Positions 1 to 11,840 of a stretch of 64,000 nt of DNA are shown in pieces (positions within the stretch are counted from its first letter, which is position 1; every line of letters starts with the position of its first letter). Origin of the DNA: Vicugna vicugna (lineage: Eukaryota). The position numbers and the translations under genes were made by a program. The DNA lies in NCBI GenBank assembly GCA_013265495.1, contig MU062907.1, positions 4,446,305 through 4,510,304 of the forward strand, in the 5' to 3' direction. The notes below the pieces were generated by a model. It saw only the letters and a list, made by a program, of their open reading frames with translations. It was not told the DNA's origin and made no database searches.

Positions 1-1231
1 CCACCTGGCAGTGACTCAGAATTCTGGTACAGTCTCGTGGCGATTCCAGGCACCATGAGAGCTAAAAGATTGGAGAAGTTGAACACGTGCAGTCCGACTT
101 TATTAATCTCTTTGTATGTTTTCCTTAGTCCTCTGGCGTTCATTGTGGAGAGGGGGTTCAGCGTAAGGAGAAAATTAAGAGAGTGATGCGGGTGTAAGCT
201 ACAACTAGCAGGGAATCTGAATTCAGCTGTAGCGGCACAGGGGGAAGATGGTTACGATCTTTCATCCGAAGGCACAACTGCAAGCAGTTCCAAATGCCGC
301 CCTTGGCACCCTAGTCCAATGGCCTCCCAACCTTTGAGCTAGTTAATGCTTAATTCTATATTTTTTGACAAATAGGTAATTGCAAGAAAAAGAGAAACAA
401 AACACTGAAGAACTTAAAGGTTACATTATGTCTCCTGACCAAAGGATTCCAGTTGGATGTTCAGTCCTGAAGGTAAGTTCATGGTACCTGCATCCAAGGG
501 CATGTAATGGCTTTAACATCACTGTCAGAGTCAGTTCTTAGCACGTAACACCGATTTCCATCTGGTTCTTCTTGATAGAATGAAAATAATGTATGCCTGT
601 GTTCCTATAGGTCAAATTTAATCAATTCCCCATCTCCGTGAACTTATTTACAAAGGCAACATTTTTGGAGGGGGAAAATTTGCCAAGCATCAGGAAAGTT
701 TCCTCACAGAGCTGAAAATATTTTTTTACGATCCAAGGATGAGCACCAGAGACACTAGACTAATTCCTCCTGTGAAGGTTGCCAAGAAAACCCTGTTTTG
801 AAAGCCCCATGCCCGTGATTACATCACGCCAGGTGAGGCATCCACCTTCGAAACAATAGATAGACATAATTGTTCTTCTCAAACCCTGCTGCCTGGTTTC
901 AAAGGGCTTTTTGTATTTTTTATTTTTTCGCCTCTCTTGGCTCCGAGTGGCTGCAGCACATGGTAAATCTTTAACTTCAAGTGTCCTTCTGTGGTGACCA
1001 ACTAAAATATTAGCAAAATAAATGTTTTATGGGAAAATGTTGGCAGGAGCCCCAACAGAAACAGGTGGCATTGGGTTATTTCAATATAATGTAATGATGC
1101 AGCCAGGTTTCCATCTGGACAGCATGTGGTTGGGTCTGTTCAAAGCTTATCAAAGAGAGTCAGAATGCGCTGGGGAAAGCCCGCGGTGCGCGAGCGTGCA
1201 GCTAGATGGCTACTTTACAGAATAATAGTCT

Positions 1232-1379
1232 NNNNNNNNNNNNNNNNNNNNNNNNNNNNNNNNNNNNNNNNNNNNNNNNNNNNNNNNNNNNNNNNNNNNN
1301 NNNNNNNNNNNNNNNNNNNNNNNNNNNNNNNNNNNNNNNNNNNNNNNNNNNNNNNNNNNNNNNNNNNNNNNNNNNNNNN
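1232..1379. other. N-run (148 nt) in unique sequence
   Basis: Directly visible N block; flanks are non-repetitive with no TSD or poly(A/T) tail. Confidence 0.98.
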
Positions 1380-3779
1380 AGCGAGGCGTTTATTATAAAA
1401 GAGTTCATTACCCTTGGAAGCGAAGGCATGGTTTAGAGGGAGCCTCGGAACAGAAAAGCTTTTTAGCAAGGCTTCCTCTGCTGTGAAAACAAGGCTCAGG
1501 CTTGTGGGTAAGAGGACAGTTAGAAAATGCAGAGAGAATGGGATGAGTTGACTGTAAAGGCCTGATCGTGATCCAAAGCTAAAGAGATGTATCCTTAATG
1601 TACCACCAGGGAAGAGTCTTTCTCCCTCTCCCATAAAACTCCTGCTTCAGGCACTTCAGAACACATGGAATTAGGAACACTTGGAACATTTGGGTTTGCA
1701 CTCCGCTCTCCTCACTGTATATTCATGCTAAGCTTGATAATAAACTCTTGGCTCAGTTCCCCTATGGATCCCAGAGAGAGGCATCAAATTATGGCTATGG
1801 GCAGAGGTAGGTTCCCTTCGGAGGCAGAGGGACCTCACTTCCCAGCTCTCTCAACTCTAGCCAGAGGAAGAAGGCAGGAGTAAGCACAGAGGGAGGGAGC
1901 CATTTGGAAGTGGCTTGCAATCTCCTTGATGCTGACTAGAGGACTCAGGAAGTCATGGGCACCATCTGCCAAAATGACGGAGCCGCTGGGACCCCAGGGT
2001 ACTTGGCCGGGAAGACCTGGCTTCTAGAGAATTCTCTGCAGCCGTTACATGAGAGTGCGGTAGACAGAGACTTTGGAAGCAAAAGCCGCGAAGGCTTAGA
2101 AAGAAGTGATAATGAATTCAAGCACTTAATTATAATGCCTTCATGCCACTGGTACCCAGAGGGAGGGTGCATTCAGGGGGCTCTCGACTGTTGCTCAGTG
2201 GGCTGGTCTATATTGTCTGCTGTGTTTTTCTAGATTAGCAGAGAGAAACAGAGGAAATGGTATGATGAGAGGCCGGGAAGCTCTGGAGTCTGATTCTTTC
2301 ACTGTTACCCTTGTGGGGCTGGACGGAGGCTAAGGAGAGAATGGAACCCTAGTGGATAAAGCAAGTTGTACTGCGGGCCCTGGTGACTTGGAAAATGATG
2401 TTCTTCATCTGGAGATCTGAAACAACACGATAAAGGTGTATCTTAGTTCTTCCTCCCAAAACGCGTTGGGTCCCTATTGTATGCACCATAGAACGTTGGC
2501 TCCTGGGGGGTTCTAGCAGGTGGTGCAGACACAGTTGTCCTGGTTGAGGAGTTTATGATGTAATGGGGGAGAGGGCACACCCAGGGGGGAACTGGAACTT
2601 GAGCCACCCTTGAGCCAGTCTGTATTATCCTTCATTTTGCCCTCAGTCTCGTATGGCATATGGTAGATGCTAAAATAAATGCTGAATTGAACTGGACTAG
2701 AAGACAGGTGATGGGGTTTGACAGGTGTCTGACTCTATAGCTTAGAAATGTCTTTTGACCTCTTTGGTGGGTCTCAAGTCCTCATGTGTAGGGTGAAGAG
2801 CCAGATGGTTGAAACTATCTCCCTTCCAGCTCTCAAATCCTAGGACCTTAACTCAGAGAACATGGAGAAAACAGTACAGACACAGAAGTGCCAAAGGTTG
2901 TAAGTAATAACTCCTGCCATGCCCAAGCATCTTTATGTTAGGGGATTTCATCCTTGTCGTAAATCTGCGAGGTCAGGGCTTCATCTCCATCTTTCATTCT
3001 CTTGCTTTCAAGTTCACACAGCTGGTGAATGTTGGACTTGGGAATCTTCAAACTCAACTACATCCAACTCCAAACACTGAGTTCTTCCCACTATATATCA
3101 AGCTTTGCCTCCCACCTCCATGCTAAGGAAATAGCAGAATGATTGTAATGATTTAAGAGAGAGGTGGGGAACTTCACAGTCAAGACCTGATCTATGCCTC
3201 AGATTTAACAGCTTGGAGTTTTAGCCAGGTAGGTTTTTTTTTTTTTTCTTCAGTCTTTAGAAGTCATTTGAACTTGGAATACTTTACTGAATTAATTGTG
3301 CAACCACTGAAAACTCTGAGCATCTTACCCTGGAGTTCCCTCCCCCACTGCCCTTTTCTCCTGAATCCTAAACTATCCAGCTTGCCAATTGTAATGACAC
3401 TACTTCTTCCTCAAGGGAAACTAAATACTATGCGGTACAGTGAGTGGTCTGCTCTGGGTTAATTTTACAGGTGGGGGTCACTGATGTTGACCGGTGGTTG
3501 TGGATTCCTCTTGTTCTGCTGCTGGCTTCTTGTGGCTTAGACGGACAGGCAGGAGGAGAAAGAGAGGCCAGGAGCTTCGTGGACAAAGGCAGTGACTCTG
3601 ATCCCCCTTGAATCGCCAGTGAGCTCTACATGGCGTGGTTGCTGTGAAGAAACCTATCTCTTTACTTCAGGTTATTGGGGAAATTGTCCAAACTAGTCTT
3701 CAATGTCGTGGTGACAACAAATCAGATGCAGATGTAGAATTCGGGTGGTCATTCTGAGATCGTGTTGAATATGTTGCTA

Positions 3780-3955
3780 CTGCCTCGTATTTACTGAGTG
3801 CTTAATATGTGCTAGGTCTTGTGCTAAGTGCTTTGCAGTTGAGAAAACTAAAGCTTGAAAAGGTTGGGTAACTCGTCTGAGGTCTTAGGGGTGGAGGGGT
3901 AATTCAGATCAGGTCTGTCTGACTCCAAATCCCAAGCTGTTAATCATTATGCTAA
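3780..3955 (-). mobile_element. MIR SINE fragment
   Basis: tatttactgagtgctta..gtgctaggt..gtgctaagtgcttt..gagaaaactaaagct..gtctgactcca resembles the reverse-strand MIR core. Confidence 0.7.
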
Positions 3956-4039
3956 AATCAAAGCCTCAATATAGTGCTGTACAAATAAAGTAGGGAATGC
4001 GTGTCTCTCAGTGGGGTAAGGTGGGTCAGAATGGGTCAG

Positions 4040-4288
4040 AAGGGTTCTCCTCTCATGGTGGCAAAATACATTTCAGATGGATTAAATGTGTAGGCTGAAA
4101 ACAAAAGCAAAACACACACAAAAAAAACCATGGTTGCCAAAAGGGACAGGGGCAGGGAGGGATAAATTAGGAGTTTGGGATTGACATATACACACCATTG
4201 TATATAAAACAGATAAACAACAAGGATCTACTGTATAGCACAGGGAACTATAGTCAATATCTTGTAATGATGTCTATAATGAAAAAGA

Positions 4289-4336
<48 letters not shown>

Positions 4337-5480
4337 TATATATATAAACTGAGTCACTATGCTGTACACCTGAAACTAAACACAACATTGTAAATCAACT
4401 ATGCTTCAATAAAAAATAAAAACAAAACAAAACAAAAACAAACAAAAACCAAAACTACATATATTTGGGGAGAAACCCACAAACCAATCAATGTAATGGG
4501 AGAAAAAGATGGTGAACACAATAAATGAAGATATGAGGTGGAGGAAAACTTTATAAAAAAATTTTTTTAAAAGAGAAAAAGGATAATTTGGCTAGAAAAA
4601 CTCTCCAACATTTCCATGCATCAAAATTATGAGGACAGTTAAAAGACAAGTAACTGGGAAAAACGTATGTATAGTCTTTATGTCAGCTAAAAGGTGCATA
4701 TTCTTACCCACCTTCTGTGTACAACAGTCTTCCCAACCAGATAAAGGCACAAAGACTCTAAGAGAAAAATGGATAAAGACCATGAATAAATAATTCACAA
4801 AGAAGACATACAAATGGGCAGTGAACAAATGAGTAGTGAGGGTTTAACCTCACTAGTGATTAAAAAATTAAATTTTGTTCATTTGTTCATTGTCCATTTG
4901 TATTTCTTCTTTGTGAATTGGGCTGTGATTGGTACAATGTAGCTAGAGGGCACTTTGCCAACACTATCAATGTTGTAAATTTGTCCACACCCTTTGTCCC
5001 AATCACTCTACATTTAGCGGTTTGTTCCGGAAGAACCATACTGCCTGTGAACAATGACTTACTTCTAAATGACAGGCATTGAAGCAGTGTTCCTCACAGT
5101 AAAACATTAGAAATAATCTGAATATTCAATAGGAGAAGACTGGTTAAGGTCAATTTTTTTACTTTCATCTGAATAGTAAGAGATTGGATAGAATATTATC
5201 CAGTCACTCAAAATAATTTTGTAGAAGATATTTAATGCCACAGAAAAATCTTCAGGAGATATTCCTTAGTGAAAAATGAACTACAGAGTGGTATACATTT
5301 TTTCCTTAAAAATTATACATATTTATACCTTTTCTACAATGACTAGAAAAAGACACTAAAATGTTGACAGGGTCTAGCTCTCTGATCAAGGATATACATT
5401 GAAGGATATATAGATATATTATCTTTGGTATGTTTCCTTGTAATTTTCAACTATTTTATATGTATTTTCTAGAATCTAGG
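4040..5480 (+). mobile_element. Old degraded L1M fragment (ORF2 end/3' region), interrupted by a younger L1 3' end
   Basis: aaaaatggataaagaccatgaataaataattcacaaagaagacatacaaatgg..cctcactagt resembles the L1 ORF2 C-terminal segment; A-rich and diverged. Confidence 0.6.
4131..4455 (+). mobile_element. 5'-truncated cetartiodactyl-type L1 3' UTR with internal (TA)n (4289-4346) and A-rich tail
   Basis: gggagggataaattaggagtttgggatt..ctactgtatagcacagggaactata..aacacaacattgtaaatcaactatgcttcaataaaaa; same motif recurs at 25.3, 33.1 and 55.5 kb. Confidence 0.92.
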
Positions 5481-5934
5481 ACAAAATGGTGTTAAAAAGT
5501 GGACTGCCTATTTTCGATAGAATTTACTGAGACATGGTGTGTTTGTGTTGCGGGGGAGACTAAGGATTAAGTGCCATGAAATATATTATCTGAAATACTG
5601 TCATTTCATTATTACAGTTTTGGGAAATCTAGTGTGTTCCAAGGAGCCCAAGGATGCATATTGAGGTAGTTCTGCTTTGAGATTTCCAGGTAAAGGAGGG
5701 GAACTTCTGATTTACTGGGCACATGGATATAAAACACTAGACAAGATGTGACCTTGACCTGGACATGGATTTACCCGTGGAAGTAAAGGTGGTTCAATTT
5801 TCTCTTCACGCTTTTCAGGGTGTATTGGACCAAGATCTGGCTTCTCTTATGTTCGCATTTTAGGGTTCCAAGTCCCTCTCCACCCTGTTTAATCACATTG
5901 AGGAAATTTAGGACTAGAGTTGGGTAATTAACTG

Positions 5935-5965
5935 GTGTGTGTGTGTATGTGTGTGTTGTGTGTGT
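5935..5965. repeat. Imperfect (TG)n microsatellite
   Basis: gtgtgtgtgtgtatgtgtgtgttgtgtgtgtg. Confidence 0.85.
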
Positions 5966-7659
5966 GAACGTACATGAGGAGGTGGGCATCGTAAGCTTTT
6001 TGTTTGGTACTTTTGAGCTGAAGGCTGTTGCTTTGATTAGTTAACGCTCTAATTTGGGTTGAACTTATCAGCTCTGCTCATGATCACTTTTTCAAAAGAG
6101 TTTACTTAACTACTTAATGAAGAAATCTCCTTTGCTGTGCAAATTCATGGCTTGTTAAATCTGGGCTGGAGACTGTTGAAGGTGGGACTGGGGTCTTCTC
6201 CACTGGTCCCACTAATTTTCAGTCTTCCAGAGCTAGGAAATGGAATTTTGGAGCACAGAACCCTAGATTCAGAACCCTGAGCTTTCAGGGTGTGCTCCAA
6301 ATGTCAAATAGAATGTTTACCTGTTACTTTTGTTGGGGAAGGAATTGCTAGCCAGCTGGTTGAGTTCATTTAACACAGTCTTGTATTATCGTAGGAGAAT
6401 TCAGAGGTGCCAATGATTTCCTTTGCCCCTCTCTCTAACCAAGTGCTTTTCTGGCCGTGTCTTTATCTTGTGTTTGTGTTCCTTTGCATTTTCCTCTGTT
6501 ATATACCGATCTGTGTTCAGATGACTCACTTTCTCTAATCAAATAAAGACTTAAACTTTACGTGGACTTTTCTAGGCACGAACATTTTGACCCAGCGATT
6601 GCATTTGTCCACATTAAAAAAGTTATTCTTGTATCATTTCATAAAGATTTTAAATAACACTGGAACAGACATAGGGGACCAGTCTGTTTGCCATCTTGAA
6701 GGTTGCTGAACAATTAATTTCCACCTGTTAAGTCAGTCACCCCATGATACATCCATGGGTTATATTACTGATATGACATATTACATATCAGCAGCATAAG
6801 ATAAGCAAATTTAAGACAACATGGAAATGGATGCAGATCCATATTGAATGTCTTACTAAAGTTCAGGTGAGTTTTGTCTGTTTTTTTTTTCTTCCCTCTA
6901 TTGTAGTTACTCAGTGTGATATGGTGAAAGAAGCTAACTAGAATTTGGGTTTCTTCGGATTGATGGATTTATCTAACGTTGAATAGTTATTTTTCTCAGG
7001 TCAGGCCATCTCTGTTGCCTCCCCATGGAAGTGAGAAATGAGGCAGTAGTTTCAATTTGGCTGCCAAGAACCAGTACCCCACACCAAGGGGCTGTAGAAT
7101 GGTCTGGAAGCTCTTTGCTCTGGCTTGAAAAATGCAGGCATCTTCTGCTAGATAAATCAATGTGCGGTGGCCTCAAATCAAATGCCTTCATTTCAAAGCG
7201 AACCAGTGCCTTTGCTTTAGATCTATCAGGAGGAGAGAAAGTCTAGAGGATTGGAGAAAATCCAAACCAGGTCATCAGCCCTTAATGTTTTCAAGAACAT
7301 TTTATTTTGCCGCAGTGTCTAGTGGAGAGTTTAAGGCTGCCTTGGTGAGGGATGAAAAGCAGAACTGATGACTGGTGACTTCATAAGCTTCAGAACGTGG
7401 AGCCAATTAAGCTTGAGACCTTGAGGAAGGTGTGCCTTTGGGGTATTTATGACAAGTCTAGCGTATCATGAAATTAAATAAATCCTTTGCTTTGGAAGGA
7501 CTGTCCACGTTTGCGGCCATCTATGAGAAATATACTAGTTGGAAAAAACTCAGCTCTTTGCATTTCCAGCACAGACCTGGAACACTGTTCTTCCAGGGTC
7601 CTTTGTGAGTGGGGAAAGTCTGTTTGGGATGCGTATAAAAATGCACAAATGAATGGTGC

Positions 7660-8050
7660 TTGAGTGTTAGAAGTAGATCAGAAATTATAGTAGCTTGTGT
7701 AAGTTATGAGTTTGTTTTCTCTCTTGTGTAATAGAAGTCCAAAGACAAGCAGTCTAGGCTAATACACACACCGCATGGTATCAACAGAGTCCCAGGTTCT
7801 TTCTAGTTTCCTGTGCTCCATCCTTAGCACATGGCCATCGTCTCCAAGATTGCCTCATTGGTCCATCATGGCTGCTGGAGTTGTGGTCATCACCACTTCC
7901 ATTCCTAGGAGGCACAAGGAGAAGATGCTAGCTGTATCCCGTCCTCAAGGAGGTTTTCTGGAAATCCCTTTCAACAGTGTCCATTTGCATATCAGTGGCC
8001 ACTCCCACCTGAAGGGACATATTTTAGCTTAGGAATCTGCAACTGCCTTC
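7660..8050. mobile_element. Old MaLR LTR (MLT1J/K-like) fragment
   Basis: ctgtgctccatccttagcacatggcc..atggctgctggag..ttccattcctaggagg..catatcagtggcc resembles recalled old MLT1 consensus. Confidence 0.5.
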
Positions 8051-8474
8051 TTTTACCAAGGAAGAAGGGAAAAAGTACACTGACTGGGCAACTGTCCATC
8101 GGCCACAGCAGGAGTTCCATGGGCCTGTGTGAGGCATGTCCTGAGCAAGCCTGCACCCTCCCAGTTCTAATCCCAAAGCACTCTCTTCCCATAGATTCAG
8201 AGCCTCCCAGTAACCTGTGTGATGCCGACAAGGGAATGGACTGGCTCATCTATAAAATAGATGGACCTCAGAGAGGTTCACCAATTTGCTATGGGATACA
8301 AAGCAATCTAAGGAGGTGTGGAAATTGGCTCTAGATGCTGAAAATTGACATTAAAGGCAAGAGTGGAGAAGCACAATTTGAAATATTGTCATTGGTGTCA
8401 CCGGTTCACCAAGGACAACAGGATGTGAACGTGATTAAGTCTCAGTCTCCAATTTATCCCCAGCACAAGAATTC

Positions 8475-8690
8475 CCATAGTAACAGCCACCTTACACTGT
8501 GCACTTAATATGGGCCAGGTGTTATCCATCCATTATGTCTGATCCTCATATGACCCTGAACAGGAGGCACCGATATTCCAATTTTTCATCTAGGGAAACA
8601 GGAAGTCAGAGGGGTTAGATCACTTACTCAAGTCACACAGTTAGAAAGAGCTGGAGTAGGGATTTGGACCCCCATCTCTGACAACAAGTC
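8475..8690 (-). mobile_element. MIR SINE
   Basis: cacttaatatgggccagg..atcctcatatgaccctg..ggaaacaggaagtcagaggggttagatcacttactcaagtcacacagttag. Confidence 0.75.
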
Positions 8691-9059
8691 TGTGTCCTTC
8701 TCTGTTGCAGGCTGGCGTTTAGATACTGTTTTAGAAAAGATGTGAAGAGGCTATAGAAAAAAGATTTGACGGGCTTGTTCTCATGATGGGAAGCGGTACT
8801 TCGGATGGGGTGAAGTTTCCCTGTTCCTGTTCCATGGCAACTGTTCATGGATCATCCTGCAGGCACCCCAGGCCCATCTGTGGATGCTCAGAGCAGCGGG
8901 AATGCCTGGCCCCTTCTTTTCCTCATTGGGTCATATTACATGCCACCTTTGTCCCCACACGCCACTCTGGAGTGGGGAAAGTCACCATAAAAGCAATCAG
9001 TATACTCTCCTATTTTTTTTTCTTGATGTTAAAAAGATGAAGTCATGGCATATGGTCAG

Positions 9060-9350
9060 ATTGCCAGCACTGTTAATAACAAACCTCACGTAATTAAGCG
9101 CTGATTTATTCCTTTATATAAGTGAAACAAATTGCTTTAACTGCCTTTGCTCGAGACCATCCAGTCAGATGGATTATGTATAGGAAGTTGGAACTAAAAA
9201 TTATGGGCGCTCATATTTCACTGCGTTGGAGGTTTATTGGAGGGACAATTAGAACCCTAACTAAATGTGTCCTGTGCTCCCTTTGATGGAGAGATCAGAT
9301 ATTAACCTGGGGAGATGACTAATTCTCAACGCAGCTGCTCTCCTCGCTCT
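9060..9350. promoter_or_regulatory. Candidate developmental enhancer (homeobox/Pbx-Hox/TCF motifs)
   Basis: TAATTA 9091, TGATTTAT 9102, TTTATTGG 9233, CTTTGAT 9281 in non-repetitive DNA with retained CpGs; motif evidence only. Confidence 0.35.
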
Positions 9351-9729
9351 GTTATTCCCGCTTTAGGTTCAAAACCTGGAAACATGTTTAAAAAATTGAT
9401 CAGAGCTTATAATAGCAATAATCACCTTGAAATTGGTTGTTACTCCAGTTAATGAACTGAGTAGTCGAGCATAAGCCTCCCTCTGTGTCCCTCAGGCCTT
9501 TGACTAACAAGCTAGTTGTTAACCACTGGGTTTATTAAAAAAGAAAAGTCTCTTTAGGGGATTGAACTGGGGAAAAGTAAGGGGCTGAGTGATTTTTTTT
9601 TTCTTTTTTGAGTGTTTTCCATCTGAGGATCTTTTGACACACTCCAGGAGCCACTCCAGTTTCCCACCAGAGACAGGGCTGGGGTGACCTGTGGAGGTGA
9701 CATCTCTTCCTCCAGGGGCCAGGTCCTGG

Positions 9730-9826
9730 CTGCCCCAAGAGTGGTCCGGAAGCTTGTCAGAAATGCAGAATCTCAAACCCGAGCCCAGACCTGCGGAACC
9801 AGGGTCTGCATTTTTATAAGCTCCCC
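9730..9826 (+). mobile_element. MER5A-like hAT-Charlie fragment
   Basis: gggaagcttgtcagaaatgcagaatctc..cccagacctgcggaaccagggtctgcatttttataagctcccc. Confidence 0.8.
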
Positions 9827-9857
9827 TACTGAAGGCCCCTGAGCTGGATGCCTCTTC

Positions 9858-10766
9858 TGCAAAACAGATGCCAACTTGCGAAACGGAGACCACATCTCAG
9901 GGGCTTCTCTGCAGGCTCTCATAAGGGTTCAGTAGACCCCTGCTTCTGACCTCAACTGGATCCCAGTGGCCTGGGGCGAAGTACACCAGAGCCTGGAGCG
10001 TGACACCTGGGGAGGAGTAGACCCTTGCTACAGGTCTGCATAAAAAGTGATTTCCCCAAAGCGTACCACCTTTCAAGGAAGAATTTCTTGAAGAAAGAAA
10101 AAGGCCGGCTGGGTAAGAGTCCTGACATTGTCAAGTAGCCTCAGGTGGGCCAGGTGGTCCCTGGGGTTTGGAGGTTGTCAGGTAAGGGGCTCACACCCTT
10201 AGAACAATTTTGTTCTTTCCCAATGTCATATCCTCATGCTCGGGTGTGACACCTTGCCCTTCATCTAAAGGGGACTGACAACATTTCCTGCTCAAAATGT
10301 AACTGAGCAAGACTGGGGAGGGGGGGGCTTCCCAGGAAAGACCCCTCCCCATAACCTCTGCTGTAGGTCCTCTTGGATAATAGTATCTCATGTATATTTC
10401 CTGAGTTTTTCAGATGCTAAAAACCACCACCAAAGGGAAGGAATTAACTACTTGATGGTGGAGAGCAAGTAGCTCCCAGACCTTCTGGCACCTAGGGGTT
10501 GATGGTGTTGACCGCCCTGTTACCTCAGCATCAGCCAATCAGAGAACTGTGCACGAGCTGATCACGGACCCTGCAACCCCCATCCCTTACTTGGCCTTTA
10601 AATAGACTTTGCCGAACCCCTCCGGGGAGTTTGGGTTTTCCTGAGCGTGAGCCACCCCATCCTCCTTGCTCGGCCCTGCAATAAACCATCCTCGGCTCCA
10701 AACTCTGACGTTTCAGTCTGTTTGGCCTCGCGGTGCGTCGGGCACAGGAATTTGCCATCAGTAACA
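9858..10766 (+). mobile_element. Solo ERV1-type LTR (resembles the artiodactyl ALTR2-type family)
   Basis: CCAAT 10535, TATA-like TTTAAATA 10597, AATAAA 10680, U5 ending ..gggcacaggaatttgccatcagtaaCA 10766. The 5' boundary is uncertain (TG at 9830, 9858 or 9877); no clear TSD and no internal gag/pol. Confidence 0.8.
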
Positions 10767-11787
10767 AAAAGCCAAGCACGCCTTCTCACAGAGACTGCAG
10801 ACTTCCCAGACCCTTCAGCAACCCTTTCCAAGCGGGTAGGTTTCAGCCCTGCCTTCTGTTTCAGGTTTAACGAGCTGCTGTTTTATTTCCTTGCTCTGTT
10901 TCCTTTTCTCACTGTCCACGGTGAAAGATTTCCTCCAAAGCTTAATGAAACCCGAATCACAGGACGGCTGTGTTTTATTGATGTGCCACTGTTCTGGAAC
11001 TGTAGGGCTGCTGGGACCAGGACTGGGGGGTGGGGGGGGCGGGCGCCGAGGGCTGTGGCCGTGACGTCGTGGGTTAGAAAGGCTGGGAGCCCTTGGGGGA
11101 GAGATGCTCCTCCAGTCTGGGGTTTGCAGACAAGCCTGGCTGTCGAGAGGGACACAGTCTGGGTTAAACAGAGCTCTGGAGATTAGACACATGTGAGGAG
11201 CCAGCGGGGGCCTGCCCACGTCACTAAGCTGCGAATCAGGCTCCGTGGGAAGATGCCCGGCTCCGCTGGTCACAGCCATCCTAGCAGGACCTCGTCTCCC
11301 TGCAGCTCTGCTCGGAAAACCACCCTCCATGCTCACTTCCTCTGTGGTTTTTGGAGGTGTTGGGTTCACTCAGTGGACAGGCCGCCCTCCTTCCAGATTT
11401 ACTGGAATTTAATTTTCACTCTAGGGACGGCAGCCCCTGAAATGACCCTTTATTTCTCTCCCATAAAAGGAGGGATACGGTTTACAATTTGCTCCTTGTG
11501 AACTGGCTACTAACGCGATTTCTGTGTAACTTTTCTGCCAGAGTCCTTCTCTAAGAATTTTAACTGACACATAAGGAGTCTCCTTCTGTACTTCTGCAGG
11601 GTAGTTGTTGAGGAATTCAGGCAAAATCACCTATCTTTGGATGGATGTTGTATCTTCTATCAAAGTTTATTACTTTTTTTTATGTACACATTTTCCTTTT
11701 CTCTTTTTTCAAACCTGAAGATTTGCAGACAGTTGCACAGTGTTGGACTTGGAAGAACCTTGTTTCCATAAGAGGAGCTTAGTCTCT

Positions 11788-11840
11788 GGGCTGGGGTGAG
11801 GACTGGGGGCGGGGGGGAGGGGTTGGCGGGGGAGGGGGGG
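11788..11840 (+). other. G-quadruplex-forming motif
   Basis: Seven G-tracts of 3-7 G, e.g. ggggg-c-ggggggg-a-gggg-ttggc-ggggg-a-ggggggg. Confidence 0.75.

Noticed and set aside
6861-6906. Perfect donor CAG|GTGAGT followed 40 nt later by a strong acceptor
   Set aside because: Too short for a mammalian intron and no convincing upstream acceptor; likely chance
8829-8841. RFX X-box-like motifs (gttccatggcaac here; ggtgccatggtaac at 37090-37103)
   Set aside because: Isolated single motifs with no promoter context; not supportable without conservation data
10647-11369. Longest ORFs (179 aa plus strand, 184 aa minus strand)
   Set aside because: They overlap LTR U5 and G-rich low-complexity DNA on both strands, have no recognisable domain, and are the kind expected in GC-rich sequence
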